Positions 9,731-23,922 of a DNA stretch of 64,000 bases are shown in pieces (the stretch's first letter is position 1; every line of letters begins with the position of its first letter). The translations under genes were made by a program, and so were the position numbers. The notes below the pieces were generated by a model. The model made no database searches. It was given only the letters and a program-made list of their open reading frames with translations, and was not told the DNA's origin. This DNA is from Alphaproteobacteria bacterium (GTDB taxonomy: Bacteria; Pseudomonadota; Alphaproteobacteria; G963923945), in the NCBI GenBank assembly GCA_965199175.1, contig OZ240684.1:1643288-1707287 (forward strand). The letters are read 5' to 3'.

Positions 9731-10572
9731 AAAATATTACCACATTGCCGGATTTTGAACCCGGATGGGTCTGGCTGGTCGGGGCCGGACCAGGAGACCC
9801 TGGTTTACTGACCCTGGCGGCTCTGCATGCCTTGGAAAACTGTGATATTATCGTCTATGATGCCTTGGTTGATCCCCGGATTCTGCGGCTGGCAAGAACA
9901 GGAGTACGCCTGGAATATGCCGGTAAGCGCGGCGGAAAACCATCACCGGTTCAGCCAGATATCTCAAATATCCTGGTCCGCCGTGCCCGGTCCGGAAGAC
10001 GGGTTTTACGCCTCAAAGGAGGGGATCCCTTCACCTTTGGACGCGGCGGTGAAGAGGGGTTGGCTTTGGTGCGGGCACGGGTACCGTTCCGGGTTATTCC
10101 CGGCATTACCGCCGGTATCGGGGGTCTCGCTTATGCCGGAATCCCGGTCACCCATCGCGAAACCAACTCCGTGGTCACTTTCGTCACCGGAAACAGCAGT
10201 GGCGGCGGGTTGCCAACCGATATTGACTGGCCATCCCTGGCACAGGGGTCACCGATGCTGGTCTTCTACATGGCCCTCAATCATCTGGATCAAATCGCTG
10301 ATCGTCTGATACATCACGGGCGACCCAAACAAGAAGCGGTTGCCATTGTCTCCAGAGCCACCCGGCAAGACCAACAAATTCTCGAAACAACCCTCAGCGA
10401 TTGTGCCCAGGACGCCCGGGCCACCGGCATCAAAGCCCCAGCAATCATCGCGATTGGCCAATCGGTACGTTTGCGCGCTGGTCTGGATTGGTTGTCAGCC
10501 AGCCACGGAGCCATCCTTGATCCCGACCCGATGGGTTTAGGAAACCAATGGACAACCGAACAAGCAAGCTAA
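9715..10572 (+). CDS. cobA: uroporphyrinogen-III C-methyltransferase (CobA/CysG-A type)
   Basis: 285 aa; VWLVGAGPGDPGLLTLAA methylase signature. Confidence 0.85.
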   Translation: MSFLPKNITTLPDFEPGWVWLVGAGPGDPGLLTLAALHALENCDIIVYDALVDPRILRLARTGVRLEYAGKRGGKPSPVQPDISNILVRRARSGRRVLRLKGGDPFTFGRGGEEGLALVRARVPFRVIPGITAGIGGLAYAGIPVTHRETNSVVTFVTGNSSGGGLPTDIDWPSLAQGSPMLVFYMALNHLDQIADRLIHHGRPKQEAVAIVSRATRQDQQILETTLSDCAQDARATGIKAPAIIAIGQSVRLRAGLDWLSASHGAILDPDPMGLGNQWTTEQAS

Positions 10573-11225
10573 TGATCAGTCATTCATCGGCAAAAACCCG
10601 GATCCGGCATGTGTTGCTCATCGCAACTCTGGCTGCCGCCATCGGTATCGCTTATCTGAACTATAGGGTCACCACCCAACCAGTTGATGATCCTCAATCC
10701 GCCAGTCAATCAGACCCCCCGGTCACCATTGGTGGCCCGTTTACCCTCATCGACCATAACGGCCAGATCCGCCATGATGCGGATTTTCGTGGTCATTATA
10801 TGGTGATCTATTTTGGCTACACGTACTGCCCGGATATCTGCCCCTTTGATTTACGCAAAATGACCAAAGCTCTTGATCAGCTCAACACCAAAGGGGAAGA
10901 GATTATACCTATCTTCATCAGCATTGATCCTGAACGCGACACCCAGGAACGTCTGGCCGACTATGTCGATGCCCTGCATCCACGCCTGATTGCCCTGACC
11001 GGCTCCCCCCAACAAATTGCCCAGGCAGCCAGTCAGTATCGGGTTTATTACGCCCGGTCAGACGAATCAGCCCCATCGGGTGATGGGTATCTGATCAATC
11101 ACAGTGCCCTCTTTTATCTCATGGGTCCCGATGGCCGCTATATCACCCATATCCCCAGCGGGGCCAATGAAGAGCAAATGATCACAACCCTTAAGAGCGT
11201 TATTGATTCCCAGCCTTCTTCTTAA
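10548..11225 (+). CDS. SCO1/SenC-family copper chaperone (thioredoxin-like, CxxxC)
   Basis: N-terminal TM helix; FGYTYCPDICP motif; embedded in the cbi cluster. Confidence 0.8.
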   Translation: MDNRTSKLMISHSSAKTRIRHVLLIATLAAAIGIAYLNYRVTTQPVDDPQSASQSDPPVTIGGPFTLIDHNGQIRHDADFRGHYMVIYFGYTYCPDICPFDLRKMTKALDQLNTKGEEIIPIFISIDPERDTQERLADYVDALHPRLIALTGSPQQIAQAASQYRVYYARSDESAPSGDGYLINHSALFYLMGPDGRYITHIPSGANEEQMITTLKSVIDSQPSS

Positions 11226-11273
11226 TTTTGGTGTTTTTGGTTCGATGTTGCCGCTCCGTCAAACCGTATTTTT

Positions 11274-12713
11274 ATGTCTTATGGCCTGATTATTGCCGCC
11301 CCGACATCCGGAAGCGGCAAAACAGTCTTTACCCTTGGCCTGATCCGGGCATGGAAACGCCAGGGTCGCCAGAGTGCTGCCGCAAAAATCGGGCCGGACT
11401 ATATTGATCCTGGCTTCCATCGCGCTGCCGGTGCCGGTGCCCTGCGTAATCTGGATCACTGGGCCATGCGCACAGCAACCATTGCCTCAGCCATACGTGA
11501 TCTTGCCGATGCCGGCGATTATATCCTCTGCGAAGGGGTTATGGGGCTGTTTGATGGTGCTCAGACGACCCGGATTCCAAACACCGGAAATGCAGAGATC
11601 AACCGCGCTGCATCTCTTGGACAGTGTTGCGACAATGCACCCACCCCTGCAAAAACAGTGATCCCCGGCTCAACGGCTGATTGTGCTGTTGCAACCGGCT
11701 GGCCAGTCTTGCTGATCATTGATGCAGCACATCAGGCCGCCAGTGTTGGGGCGGTCATTCATGGCTGTGCCACCGCCTGTGAGAGGGTGACCATCTCCGG
11801 GGTTGTGTTCAACCGGGTCGGGAGTCCGGGCCATCGGGAGGCTTTGGAAACCGGTCTCCGGCTTTATGCTCCCGGTATTCCCCTTTTGGGTTTTCTGCCC
11901 CGTCACCCATCTGTGGACCTTCCCGGCCGCTATCTCGGTCTGGTCCAGGCCGGAGAATTGACGGCGATTGAGGAGCAAATTGAGAATATCGCCGATTGGG
12001 TCAGTGATCACTGTGATCTGGCAGCGCTGGACCAGATCATCAGATCAAACCAGGGCCCAACTGTCGCGCCACCGAGCCGGTCGGTCAAGCCACCCATTCC
12101 CCCGCTCGGCCAGCGTATGGCGATTGCCCGGGATAGAGCTTTTTCGTTTCTCTATGATGGAATTGTCGAAGGATGGCGGAAAGAGGGTGCTGAAATCTGC
12201 TTTTTTTCTCCTTTAGATAACACCCCGCCAGCAAATGATGCAGATGCCGTAATCTTACCGGGCGGGTACCCGGAACTCTATGCCGGAACACTGGCATCCA
12301 ACCAGATTTTTCTCAGCGGATTGCATCAGGCTGCTGATCGTGGAGCAACCCTCTATGGAGAATGCGGCGGCTTCATGACCCTGGGAAAGAGCATCACTGA
12401 CCGCGATGGCCATCGCCATATAATGGCTGGCTTGCTGCCTCTGGAAAGTGATCTGCATAAACCCACACGGGTGCTTGGGTACCGTCACCTGACCCTGGCC
12501 GCCACCACAGCCTTAGGAAAGAAAGGAGAGCAATTTCGTGGCCATGAATTCCGCTATAGCCGAATCACCACCCAGGGAAAAAGGGATGGTGCTTTATTCA
12601 TGGCCAGTGATGCTGCCGGACGGCCCTTACCACCGATGGGACTGCGACACCGGAGAGTACTTGGCTCCTTTGCTCATATCATTGACCGGCATGAAACAGA
12701 CCCAACGTACTGA
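11274..12713 (+). CDS. cbiA: cobyrinate a,c-diamide synthase (CbiA/CobB)
   Basis: 479 aa; N-terminal ATP-binding APTSGSGKT and a C-terminal glutamine amidotransferase domain (GECGGFM). Confidence 0.85.
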   Translation: MSYGLIIAAPTSGSGKTVFTLGLIRAWKRQGRQSAAAKIGPDYIDPGFHRAAGAGALRNLDHWAMRTATIASAIRDLADAGDYILCEGVMGLFDGAQTTRIPNTGNAEINRAASLGQCCDNAPTPAKTVIPGSTADCAVATGWPVLLIIDAAHQAASVGAVIHGCATACERVTISGVVFNRVGSPGHREALETGLRLYAPGIPLLGFLPRHPSVDLPGRYLGLVQAGELTAIEEQIENIADWVSDHCDLAALDQIIRSNQGPTVAPPSRSVKPPIPPLGQRMAIARDRAFSFLYDGIVEGWRKEGAEICFFSPLDNTPPANDADAVILPGGYPELYAGTLASNQIFLSGLHQAADRGATLYGECGGFMTLGKSITDRDGHRHIMAGLLPLESDLHKPTRVLGYRHLTLAATTALGKKGEQFRGHEFRYSRITTQGKRDGALFMASDAAGRPLPPMGLRHRRVLGSFAHIIDRHETDPTY

Positions 12714-12786
12714 GAACATTCTTTGGGCATAACTATATCGGCTGGTATGAATATATCAGCAAGCTGACCAGCCACTCCACACGCAA

Positions 12787-14706
12787 TCAGTTGAATGATT
12801 GCCCAACAACCATGAAATCCCGCCACAGGCGGGCCGGTAATCCGCCACCAGTCACCTTGTCCATGGGGCGGGCATCATCATTGCCTAACCAGACCCCGGT
12901 GACCCGTTCCTCATCAAAACCAATAAACCAGGCATCACGAAAATTCTGGCTGGTTCCGGTCTTACCGGCCACCGGCCGCTCCAACAAAGCCGCCCGACCG
13001 GTTCCGGTCTTCACGACCTGCCCAAGCATCATACGAAGCCGGGCCACCTGATCGCCGGCAACCGCTCGTCCGGGACCCGATCCTCGACGTTGATACAAAA
13101 TACCGCCCTCGCGGGTGCGAATATCCTCAATCCCGTAAGGCCACACCCCATAACCATCATTATTGAAAACAGCATACGCCGCACACAGATCAAGGAGATT
13201 GACTTCGCCGACCCCCAAAGCTAAAGCCGGGCCACCTGGTAACGGGCCGGTAATCCCCAACCGCCGGGCAACCGCAATCACCTCATCACGGCCAACCGCC
13301 TCGGTCAGCTTGACAGCAATGCTGTTGACCGACTGAGAAAGAGCCTCAGACACCGTCATCGCCCCGGTATAGGTGCCGCTGTAATTGGAAGGCGACCAGC
13401 CATCAACCGCCACCGGTTCATCAATCACCGTTTCTTCGGGCGTAAAGCCAGCCTCCAAAGCCGCCAGATACACAAAGAGCTTAAAAGCCGACCCGGGCTG
13501 ACGATAGGCTTGCGTGACCCGGTTATATTGACTGTCGCCATAATCCCGGCCCCCAATCATCGCCCGGATAGCCCCGTCAGAAGTCATGGATACCAAAGCG
13601 GCCTGATCGACCTGGCGGGATTTTCCGGTTGTCTGCAAACCCGCAACCAACACCCCCTCGCCATGGGTTTGTAAACCCAGATCCAACGTTGTCCGCACGA
13701 TGATATCCTGCCCGCGATTGCCGACAATCGCCCGTGCCCGGGGTAAAATCCAATCAGTGAAATAACGCGCCGAACGCGGTGGACCAGAGCGCACCAGGCC
13801 TTGGGGAACCTCACGCTCATGGGCATTTTTCCATTGACCTTCACTCAGGAACCCCACCACCCGCATAGCCCTCAGAACCACCTGAGTCCGGCGATGGGCT
13901 AAATCCGGATTACGGCTTGGTGCATAACGTGACGGTGCCTTGGGTAAACCAGCCAATAAAGCAGCTTCATAGAGAGTCACATCACGGGCTGATTTACCAA
14001 AATAGGCCCGGGCTGCCGCCTCAATACCATAAGCCCCAGCCCCGAAATAAATCCGGTTGAGATAAATGCTCAGGATTTGATCTTTGGTGTATTTGCTCTC
14101 CAGCCACAGGCTTAAAGCAGCCTCCTGGATTTTTCGCTTCAGGCTGCGTTCGGGGCTCAAAAACAATGTCTTAGCCAGCTGTTGGGTAATCGTACTCCCA
14201 CCCTGGACCACCCGGCCAGCCTTGAGATTGACCCAGGCAGCCCGCACCAAACCCACCGGATCAAGGCCAAAATGGCTCCGGAAACGACGGTCCTCAACCG
14301 CCAGAAACGCCGCAATCAAATGGGGAGGCAGTTCAGAAACCCGGGCAACCCGCCCATGACGTCCACCAACAACAGCAATTTCAGCCCCATGACGATCCAG
14401 AACAACAATACTCGGTTGGCGGGTCGCCGAAAATACAGGATCAATCGGGGGTAAATCGAACAAAAACCATGCAACCACACACCCCATCACCACCATCACC
14501 CAAACAGCGGTGACGACCCCCCATTTCACCAGAAACATACAAAGCCGAAAGCCAGAAAAACCACGCGCAGAGGAAGCAGAACCCCTCTTAGAAGATGAAC
14601 GCCCCTGAGAAGATGAGTGCAACGTCTTCTTTTGCACCATCTTCTTTTGCGCCGTCTTCCCGGATCGTCGCGGTTTCTGCCCGCGTCTGCTCTTCATCAT
14701 ACCCAT
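12787..14706 (-). CDS. bifunctional class A penicillin-binding protein (transglycosylase plus transpeptidase) with a long basic N-terminal tail
   Basis: GT51 motifs EDRRF and QGGSTITQQLAK; transpeptidase motifs GSAFK and KTGT; an N-terminal K/R-rich tail followed by a TM helix. Confidence 0.8.
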   Translation of the reverse strand: MGMMKSRRGQKPRRSGKTAQKKMVQKKTLHSSSQGRSSSKRGSASSARGFSGFRLCMFLVKWGVVTAVWVMVVMGCVVAWFLFDLPPIDPVFSATRQPSIVVLDRHGAEIAVVGGRHGRVARVSELPPHLIAAFLAVEDRRFRSHFGLDPVGLVRAAWVNLKAGRVVQGGSTITQQLAKTLFLSPERSLKRKIQEAALSLWLESKYTKDQILSIYLNRIYFGAGAYGIEAAARAYFGKSARDVTLYEAALLAGLPKAPSRYAPSRNPDLAHRRTQVVLRAMRVVGFLSEGQWKNAHEREVPQGLVRSGPPRSARYFTDWILPRARAIVGNRGQDIIVRTTLDLGLQTHGEGVLVAGLQTTGKSRQVDQAALVSMTSDGAIRAMIGGRDYGDSQYNRVTQAYRQPGSAFKLFVYLAALEAGFTPEETVIDEPVAVDGWSPSNYSGTYTGAMTVSEALSQSVNSIAVKLTEAVGRDEVIAVARRLGITGPLPGGPALALGVGEVNLLDLCAAYAVFNNDGYGVWPYGIEDIRTREGGILYQRRGSGPGRAVAGDQVARLRMMLGQVVKTGTGRAALLERPVAGKTGTSQNFRDAWFIGFDEERVTGVWLGNDDARPMDKVTGGGLPARLWRDFMVVGQSFN

Positions 14707-14893
14707 CCAGCCACAAGGACCATCATCGCCTGCCTGCCCCCACAGCCTTTACCCGACCAGCCGCATCACAATCAACCAACACATCCCCGCAATGAACGTG
14801 ATCCAGACGTTATGATTCAATTCAGAATTCTGGTTAAAAATTCTGATCGATCAGAGCACTCTGTCAAAGGTCATGGTGACACGGAAATAAAGA

Positions 14894-18651
<3,758 letters not shown>

Positions 18652-18655
18652 ACCG

Positions 18656-19777
18656 CTACACCCGCATCGGCATCAAAACATACAATGCACCACCATCCTG
18701 AGCACCGCGCATCAGCGCCGGAGCCGAAGAATCAGCCAGATCAAAACAGATCATATCGTCACTAAGCTGATCAGCAATATCAATCAGATACTGGGAGTTA
18801 AAACCAATATCAAGAGCATCAGCCGTGTATTCAACCTCAATCTCTTCAACCGCATCACCGCTATCAGGGCTGGAAACCGATAAGGTCAGAATTCCTTTCT
18901 CCAGGGCAATTTTCACCGCCCGTGAACGCTCATTGGAGATGGTCCGCACCCGATCAACCGCCTCAGAAAACAACCGCCGGTCAACTTTCATGCTTTTATC
19001 ATTTTCTTTGGGGATGACCCGCTCATATTCAGGGAACTGACCATCCACCAGCTTGCTGGTCAAAATGATGCGATCAAAAGAAAAAATGGCTTTGGTCTCG
19101 GAAAAGGCAACCGTAACCTCTGCCTGGCTGTCCTCAAGAATTTTGTGAAGTTCATTGACCGTCTTACGCGGGACAATCACCCCTGGAATTTCTTCGGCCC
19201 CTGAAGGACATGCCATATGTGCCCGCGCCAACCGATGACCATCGGTTGCCACCGCCTTCAACAACGGACCCCCCTCATCATCCGTGGTATGAAAATAAAT
19301 ACCGTTGAGATAATGGCGGGTTTCTTCCACCGACATGGCAAAACGTGTCTGATCAATCAACCCACGCAACGCATCGGCTTCCATGGTGAAACTCCGGGTC
19401 GATTCCTTGCCTGACATGACCGGAAATTCATCCGGCGACAATGACGGAAGAGTAAAACGTGACCGCCCGGACTTCAGATGCATCCGGCCATCTGCTGCCG
19501 GATCTTCGTGAAGCTCAATCTCACAACCATCAGGCAATTTACGGACAATCTCATAAAGAGTATGCGCCGAGACCGTCGTTGCACCCTTTTCGCTGATCCC
19601 GGCCTCCAGCGTCTCAACCACCGATAAACCCATATCAGTCGCGGTGAGGCTCAAGTCACCTCCCGATGCGTCAATCAAAACATTCGATAAAATCTGGATC
19701 GTCCCGCGCTTTTCCACCAAACCCTGAATATGACCAAGAGCCGGCAAAAAGACCGAACGTTCAATCGTCAGTTTCAT
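18656..19777 (-). CDS. dnaN: DNA polymerase III beta sliding clamp
   Basis: 373 aa; MKLTIERSVFLPALGHIQGLVEKR, typical of DnaN. Confidence 0.95.
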   Translation of the reverse strand: MKLTIERSVFLPALGHIQGLVEKRGTIQILSNVLIDASGGDLSLTATDMGLSVVETLEAGISEKGATTVSAHTLYEIVRKLPDGCEIELHEDPAADGRMHLKSGRSRFTLPSLSPDEFPVMSGKESTRSFTMEADALRGLIDQTRFAMSVEETRHYLNGIYFHTTDDEGGPLLKAVATDGHRLARAHMACPSGAEEIPGVIVPRKTVNELHKILEDSQAEVTVAFSETKAIFSFDRIILTSKLVDGQFPEYERVIPKENDKSMKVDRRLFSEAVDRVRTISNERSRAVKIALEKGILTLSVSSPDSGDAVEEIEVEYTADALDIGFNSQYLIDIADQLSDDMICFDLADSSAPALMRGAQDGGALYVLMPMRV

Positions 19778-19932
19778 ACAACCACCACCTCATCAATTCT
19801 TATCCTCACCATTCACAGACAGTGACAGATAATGACAGAATTCATATACAAAGTCTCTCAGGAAACACACATAATGACTGAGCAACACCTCTTCTGCATC
19901 ATGTCTCTCACATTATACCACATTATACCACA

Positions 19933-21444
19933 TCACACCCGTAGCATACGTTGAAGCAACGCAACATCTTCACGAAACGCTGCATCAGAATCACAAAGCT
20001 CCTCAACCTTACGAATCGCATGCATCACCGTCGTATGATCACGATTGCCGAACTTACGGCCAATCTCAGGCAAAGACCGGGAAGTCAGCCGCTTGGCCAG
20101 ATACATCGCAATCTGTCTCGGACGGGCCACCGCACGGGCCCGCCGGGCCGAAGACATTTCCGAAAACCGAATATTAAAATGCTCCGCAACCCGTTTTTGA
20201 ATATGCTCAATACTCACTCTGCGCTCCGAAGAACGCAGGATATCCCCCAACACTTCCTGAATGGATTCAAGGCTGACCGGGCGACCAACCAATGTCGTAT
20301 GCGCAACAATCCGATTGAGAGCACCTTCCAGTTCCCGCACATTTCCGGTGATTTTATAGGCAAGAAATTCCAGAACTTTCTCCGGCAAATCCAGGTCCAT
20401 GCCCTCGGCTTTGGCCTGCAGAATACCCAGACGCAGCTCGTAATTGGTCGGATGAATATCAGCAACCAAACCCCAGCCCAGACGCGAGCGCATCCGCTCC
20501 TCAATGCCTTCTAAATCATTGGGCGATTTATCAGCAGAAATAATAATCTGGCGATTTTGATCAACCAATGCATTGAATGTATGAAAGAATTCTTCCTGGG
20601 TTGAATCTTTGCCGGAAATAAACTGTACATCGTCAATCATCAGCACATCAACCGAACGAAACTGCTCCTTAAAAGACACCGTATCCTTAAATCGCAACGC
20701 ACGAATAAACTGATACATGAATTTTTCAGCCGAGAGATAAATAACCCGCCGGTTGGGATGCTTGGTCCGGATATGCCAGGCAATCGCATGCATCAGATGG
20801 GTCTTGCCAAGACCAACCCCGCCATAAAGGAAAAGCGGGTTGAAAGATACCGACTCCGCATCCGCTACCCGCCGGGCCGCCGCAAAAGCAAATTCATTGG
20901 GCTTGCCGACAATAAAACGCTCAAATGTAAAGCGGGAATCCAACGGTGCTGAAATATGGGCTGCCCAATCAGATTCTTTGGCATCTCCAGGAGAACTTCC
21001 CCGACCAACAGATTCCGGCAAAACCGCCTCAACAGACAAATCCTGATCCGTCCCCACATCCTTTGAGACAACCCCGGCTCCCTGATCCTTCTGACCACTC
21101 TCAGACCCGGTGACAACCTGGATTTCAACCTGTTCAATGTCTTGGTTTTCTTCCCGCCAAAGAGCCTCAATACGCTCAGAATAATGGGTGAGAATCCAAT
21201 CACGCATAAAGCGGGTCGGAACACTCATACGCAAACAGCCGTGCTCACAGCCGATAAAAGTCAGCGGTTTAAGCCAACTCCGATACGCCGCATCACCAAA
21301 TTCGCACCGCAATGTATTGCGAATCCGTGCCCATTGATGCGCATAGGTCTCTCTACGCTGGCCTTCATGAAGGCCCAAAGGATCATTCTTAACTTCTACA
21401 TGCGAACTGGCCAACCGGTCCCCCTTCCCGTTTTTCATATCCAT
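19933..21444 (-). CDS. dnaA: chromosomal replication initiator DnaA
   Basis: 503 aa; AAA+ motif LFLYGGVGLGKTHLMHAI; C-terminal DnaA-box-binding helix. Confidence 0.95.
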   Translation of the reverse strand: MDMKNGKGDRLASSHVEVKNDPLGLHEGQRRETYAHQWARIRNTLRCEFGDAAYRSWLKPLTFIGCEHGCLRMSVPTRFMRDWILTHYSERIEALWREENQDIEQVEIQVVTGSESGQKDQGAGVVSKDVGTDQDLSVEAVLPESVGRGSSPGDAKESDWAAHISAPLDSRFTFERFIVGKPNEFAFAAARRVADAESVSFNPLFLYGGVGLGKTHLMHAIAWHIRTKHPNRRVIYLSAEKFMYQFIRALRFKDTVSFKEQFRSVDVLMIDDVQFISGKDSTQEEFFHTFNALVDQNRQIIISADKSPNDLEGIEERMRSRLGWGLVADIHPTNYELRLGILQAKAEGMDLDLPEKVLEFLAYKITGNVRELEGALNRIVAHTTLVGRPVSLESIQEVLGDILRSSERRVSIEHIQKRVAEHFNIRFSEMSSARRARAVARPRQIAMYLAKRLTSRSLPEIGRKFGNRDHTTVMHAIRKVEELCDSDAAFREDVALLQRMLRV

Positions 21445-21618
21445 CTAAATCTGACCTTTACCCCTGACCTTTACTCTTGATCTTTGTTGATCCCGATCTT
21501 TGTTCTATCCCCGACTGTCTGTCTGTTGAGCGATATATCCTGTTTAATGATATATCCGTCTGTATGTGTCACTCTATCTGTATGTGTCCTCTATACGTGT
21601 CACTCTATTTCTGCACAG

Positions 21619-22068
21619 CTATCCTTGTGCCCAGGGCAGACCATCGCTCTTCCAGCCACTGACCGTGCCACGATGACCATCAGGATCATGATCGCCCTCA
21701 AAACCAGAGGCAATATTATAACATTGAGAAAACCCCCGCGCCGTCAAAGCCATCGCCGCCATGCGTGAGCGCCCACCTGAGCGACAAATAAACATAACCG
21801 GGTCTTTGGGATTGACCCCAACCGCACGCAGTTGATCTTCGAATTCCGGGTTTTGCTGCATGTTGGGATAAATTTGCCAGGAAATCTGTATCAACCGCTT
21901 ACCGATTGACCCCAGATCAGGCACGCCGACAAATGCCCATTCAGCAGAGGTCCGGCAGTCCACCAGCTGGGTTTCCGGCTGGTCCCGCAACAATTCCCAG
22001 GCCTGGCGCGGCGACACATCACCCGCATACCCGGCCGCTGGCCTGGTCAAGGACTCACTCTCCGTCAT
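21619..22068 (-). CDS. single-domain rhodanese-like sulfurtransferase
   Basis: 149 aa; active-site loop FICRSGGRS. Confidence 0.75.
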   Translation of the reverse strand: MTESESLTRPAAGYAGDVSPRQAWELLRDQPETQLVDCRTSAEWAFVGVPDLGSIGKRLIQISWQIYPNMQQNPEFEDQLRAVGVNPKDPVMFICRSGGRSRMAAMALTARGFSQCYNIASGFEGDHDPDGHRGTVSGWKSDGLPWAQG

Positions 22069-22733
22069 ACCCCCCCCTGATCATTAAGACCAACCAAATT
22101 AAAACCGGCCAGGTCGCCGAACAAAGCAACAAAAAACGATAAACCCAAAATTGATATTAAAAAATATTCAAAAATAGACTCACAGAAACAATGATAATAA
22201 GAAAATAATTAACCGGAAAAAATTAACCAAAAAAATAAATACCTATAGAAAAAAGAACGAATTCAAATAAAAGCTCGATGGATATAAACTACTAAACATC
22301 AATGACCCACATAAAGACTTCAAAAACACTCACTCAGCCGCAACAAAGCGAAAAAATCCTTTTTGAAAATGAAAAACATCAAATAATGATGAAGGGGTAC
22401 CAATCAGCCTCAGAACCCTCTCACCATTTTTGAGGTCAATGATGGTGACCTTACCGTTGCCGGAAAGACATGGCAATACGACATGATGGTTTCCTGATAA
22501 AAAAACCATCTGGCTGACCCGAATATGGAAAATTTTGCCGACCAGCGACCAGAAATCAACCCCCCGGGAAAAGACAAAAACAAGAGCGACAAGCTGGTAC
22601 GTAACTGCTATGGCTGAGACAGAATCTCTGCCCATTTTATATCCGCTTCATATCCGCCACAGTTTCTTAAAAACGGCATGATGTTTGCGTCTCTACTCCT
22701 GGATTATACGGCTTACCACAGGAGACTCTGATC

Positions 22734-23015
22734 ATGCTTGTCGAAACCAGCCCGACCCATGCCGCTCTTTGCCCATGCACTGACCCTGTAGGCAGAAGCA
22801 AGGAAAAATTTGCCGATCAGACACCGGATTCCAAAAAACTGACCGCTCATTTTGATGCAGCCAAGGCCCCGCCAATCACCGGCGTTTCCGGCAACACCTT
22901 GTCGAAGGAAGTGTTGGATCAGCTCATCAGCGCACAGGATATCAACGCACAGGAAACCGAAAAACACCTCCCGGTTGACCAGAGGGCGGCAACAACACCA
23001 TCCAGCACAACGTAA
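22734..23015 (+). CDS. hypothetical 93-aa protein with a good AGGAGA RBS
   Basis: AGGAGA sits 7 nt upstream of the ATG; no recognisable domain, and the antisense ORF is less plausible. Confidence 0.35.
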   Translation: MLVETSPTHAALCPCTDPVGRSKEKFADQTPDSKKLTAHFDAAKAPPITGVSGNTLSKEVLDQLISAQDINAQETEKHLPVDQRAATTPSSTT

Positions 23016-23225
23016 ATAACGCAATTTTGTAAGGGGGTTTAATTTTTTGCGGGAATTCTTCCTGAAATCGTTTTCCCAAAAGAGCCCGCACAACAACACT
23101 CCCTCATGAAAACCGGGGGCAGAGCAACAGAAATGCTCCCGGTTTAGCGATCCGGGCAGACAGTCTGACTCAAATATAGTGGGGGAGAATTGCCGGAAAT
23201 TCCCGGCAAACCCATTTCACTCTTT

Positions 23226-23513
23226 TCAGGAATTCAAAGCCTTAATGCGGGCTGATAACCGGGAAAGCTTACGGGCTGCCGTATTACGCTTAAAAATGCC
23301 TTTGCCAACACCGCGCATCATCGCCGGCTGAGCCTGACGAAAAGCCTCCCCGGCCGCCGCCGCATCACCTTTGGTAATGGCATTCTCAACTTTTTTCAGA
23401 AAAGAACGAACAGAGGACCGCCGGTCCCGATTGACCCGGGTCTGGCGGTGATCACGCCGAAGGCGTTTTTTCGCAGAACTGGTATTAGCCATGATCTTAA
23501 CACCCAAAACCAA
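23226..23513 (-). CDS. rpsT: 30S ribosomal protein S20
   Basis: 95 aa; [10 protein letters not shown]...RNTAARKL, typical of S20. Confidence 0.9.
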   Translation of the reverse strand: MVLGVKIMANTSSAKKRLRRDHRQTRVNRDRRSSVRSFLKKVENAITKGDAAAAGEAFRQAQPAMMRGVGKGIFKRNTAARKLSRLSARIKALNS

Positions 23514-23714
23514 AAAAGCACGTGATTGAAGAAAGGAACATCATCAATAAAGGATAATAATTGGAAACAACGTTCTTATACACCCAGTATCTGGAAAGAG
23601 GCGGTATAAGGCAAGCCCCCCTCTGCGTCAAGACGGTGTCAACGTCTTTATCGAATTTATCAAAATTTATCAAAACGTCTTGACTGAAAAGTCATTCGTC
23701 AAAAAGCCCTGGCG

Positions 23715-23782
23715 AAAATCACAGCCTGTTAAAAATCACACCTCGTTAAAAATCGCAGCCTGTTAAAAATCACAGCCTGTCG
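23715..23782. repeat. 4 x 17 bp tandem repeat (aaaatcacagcctgtta) upstream of rpsT
   Basis: Read directly; the preceding 23620-23700 holds a 9-bp inverted repeat (gtcaagacg/cgtcttgac) and three TTATC(G/A)AA motifs. Confidence 0.85.
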
Positions 23783-23922
23783 AAGAATACAAACGAAAGA
23801 ACAAACTTAAAAAAACAGACAGAAACATCAAAAAACAACAAAAATCATGATCAAGATAACCATCAACATCGAATCTCAAAGACCCGGCCTTATCCTGAAC
23901 AGCCCCGCTTAAATCCTGAATT

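Noticed and set aside
22330-22635. A 101-aa minus-strand ORF inside the AT-rich block
   Set aside because: Atypical composition, no RBS or homology signal. More likely non-coding DNA.
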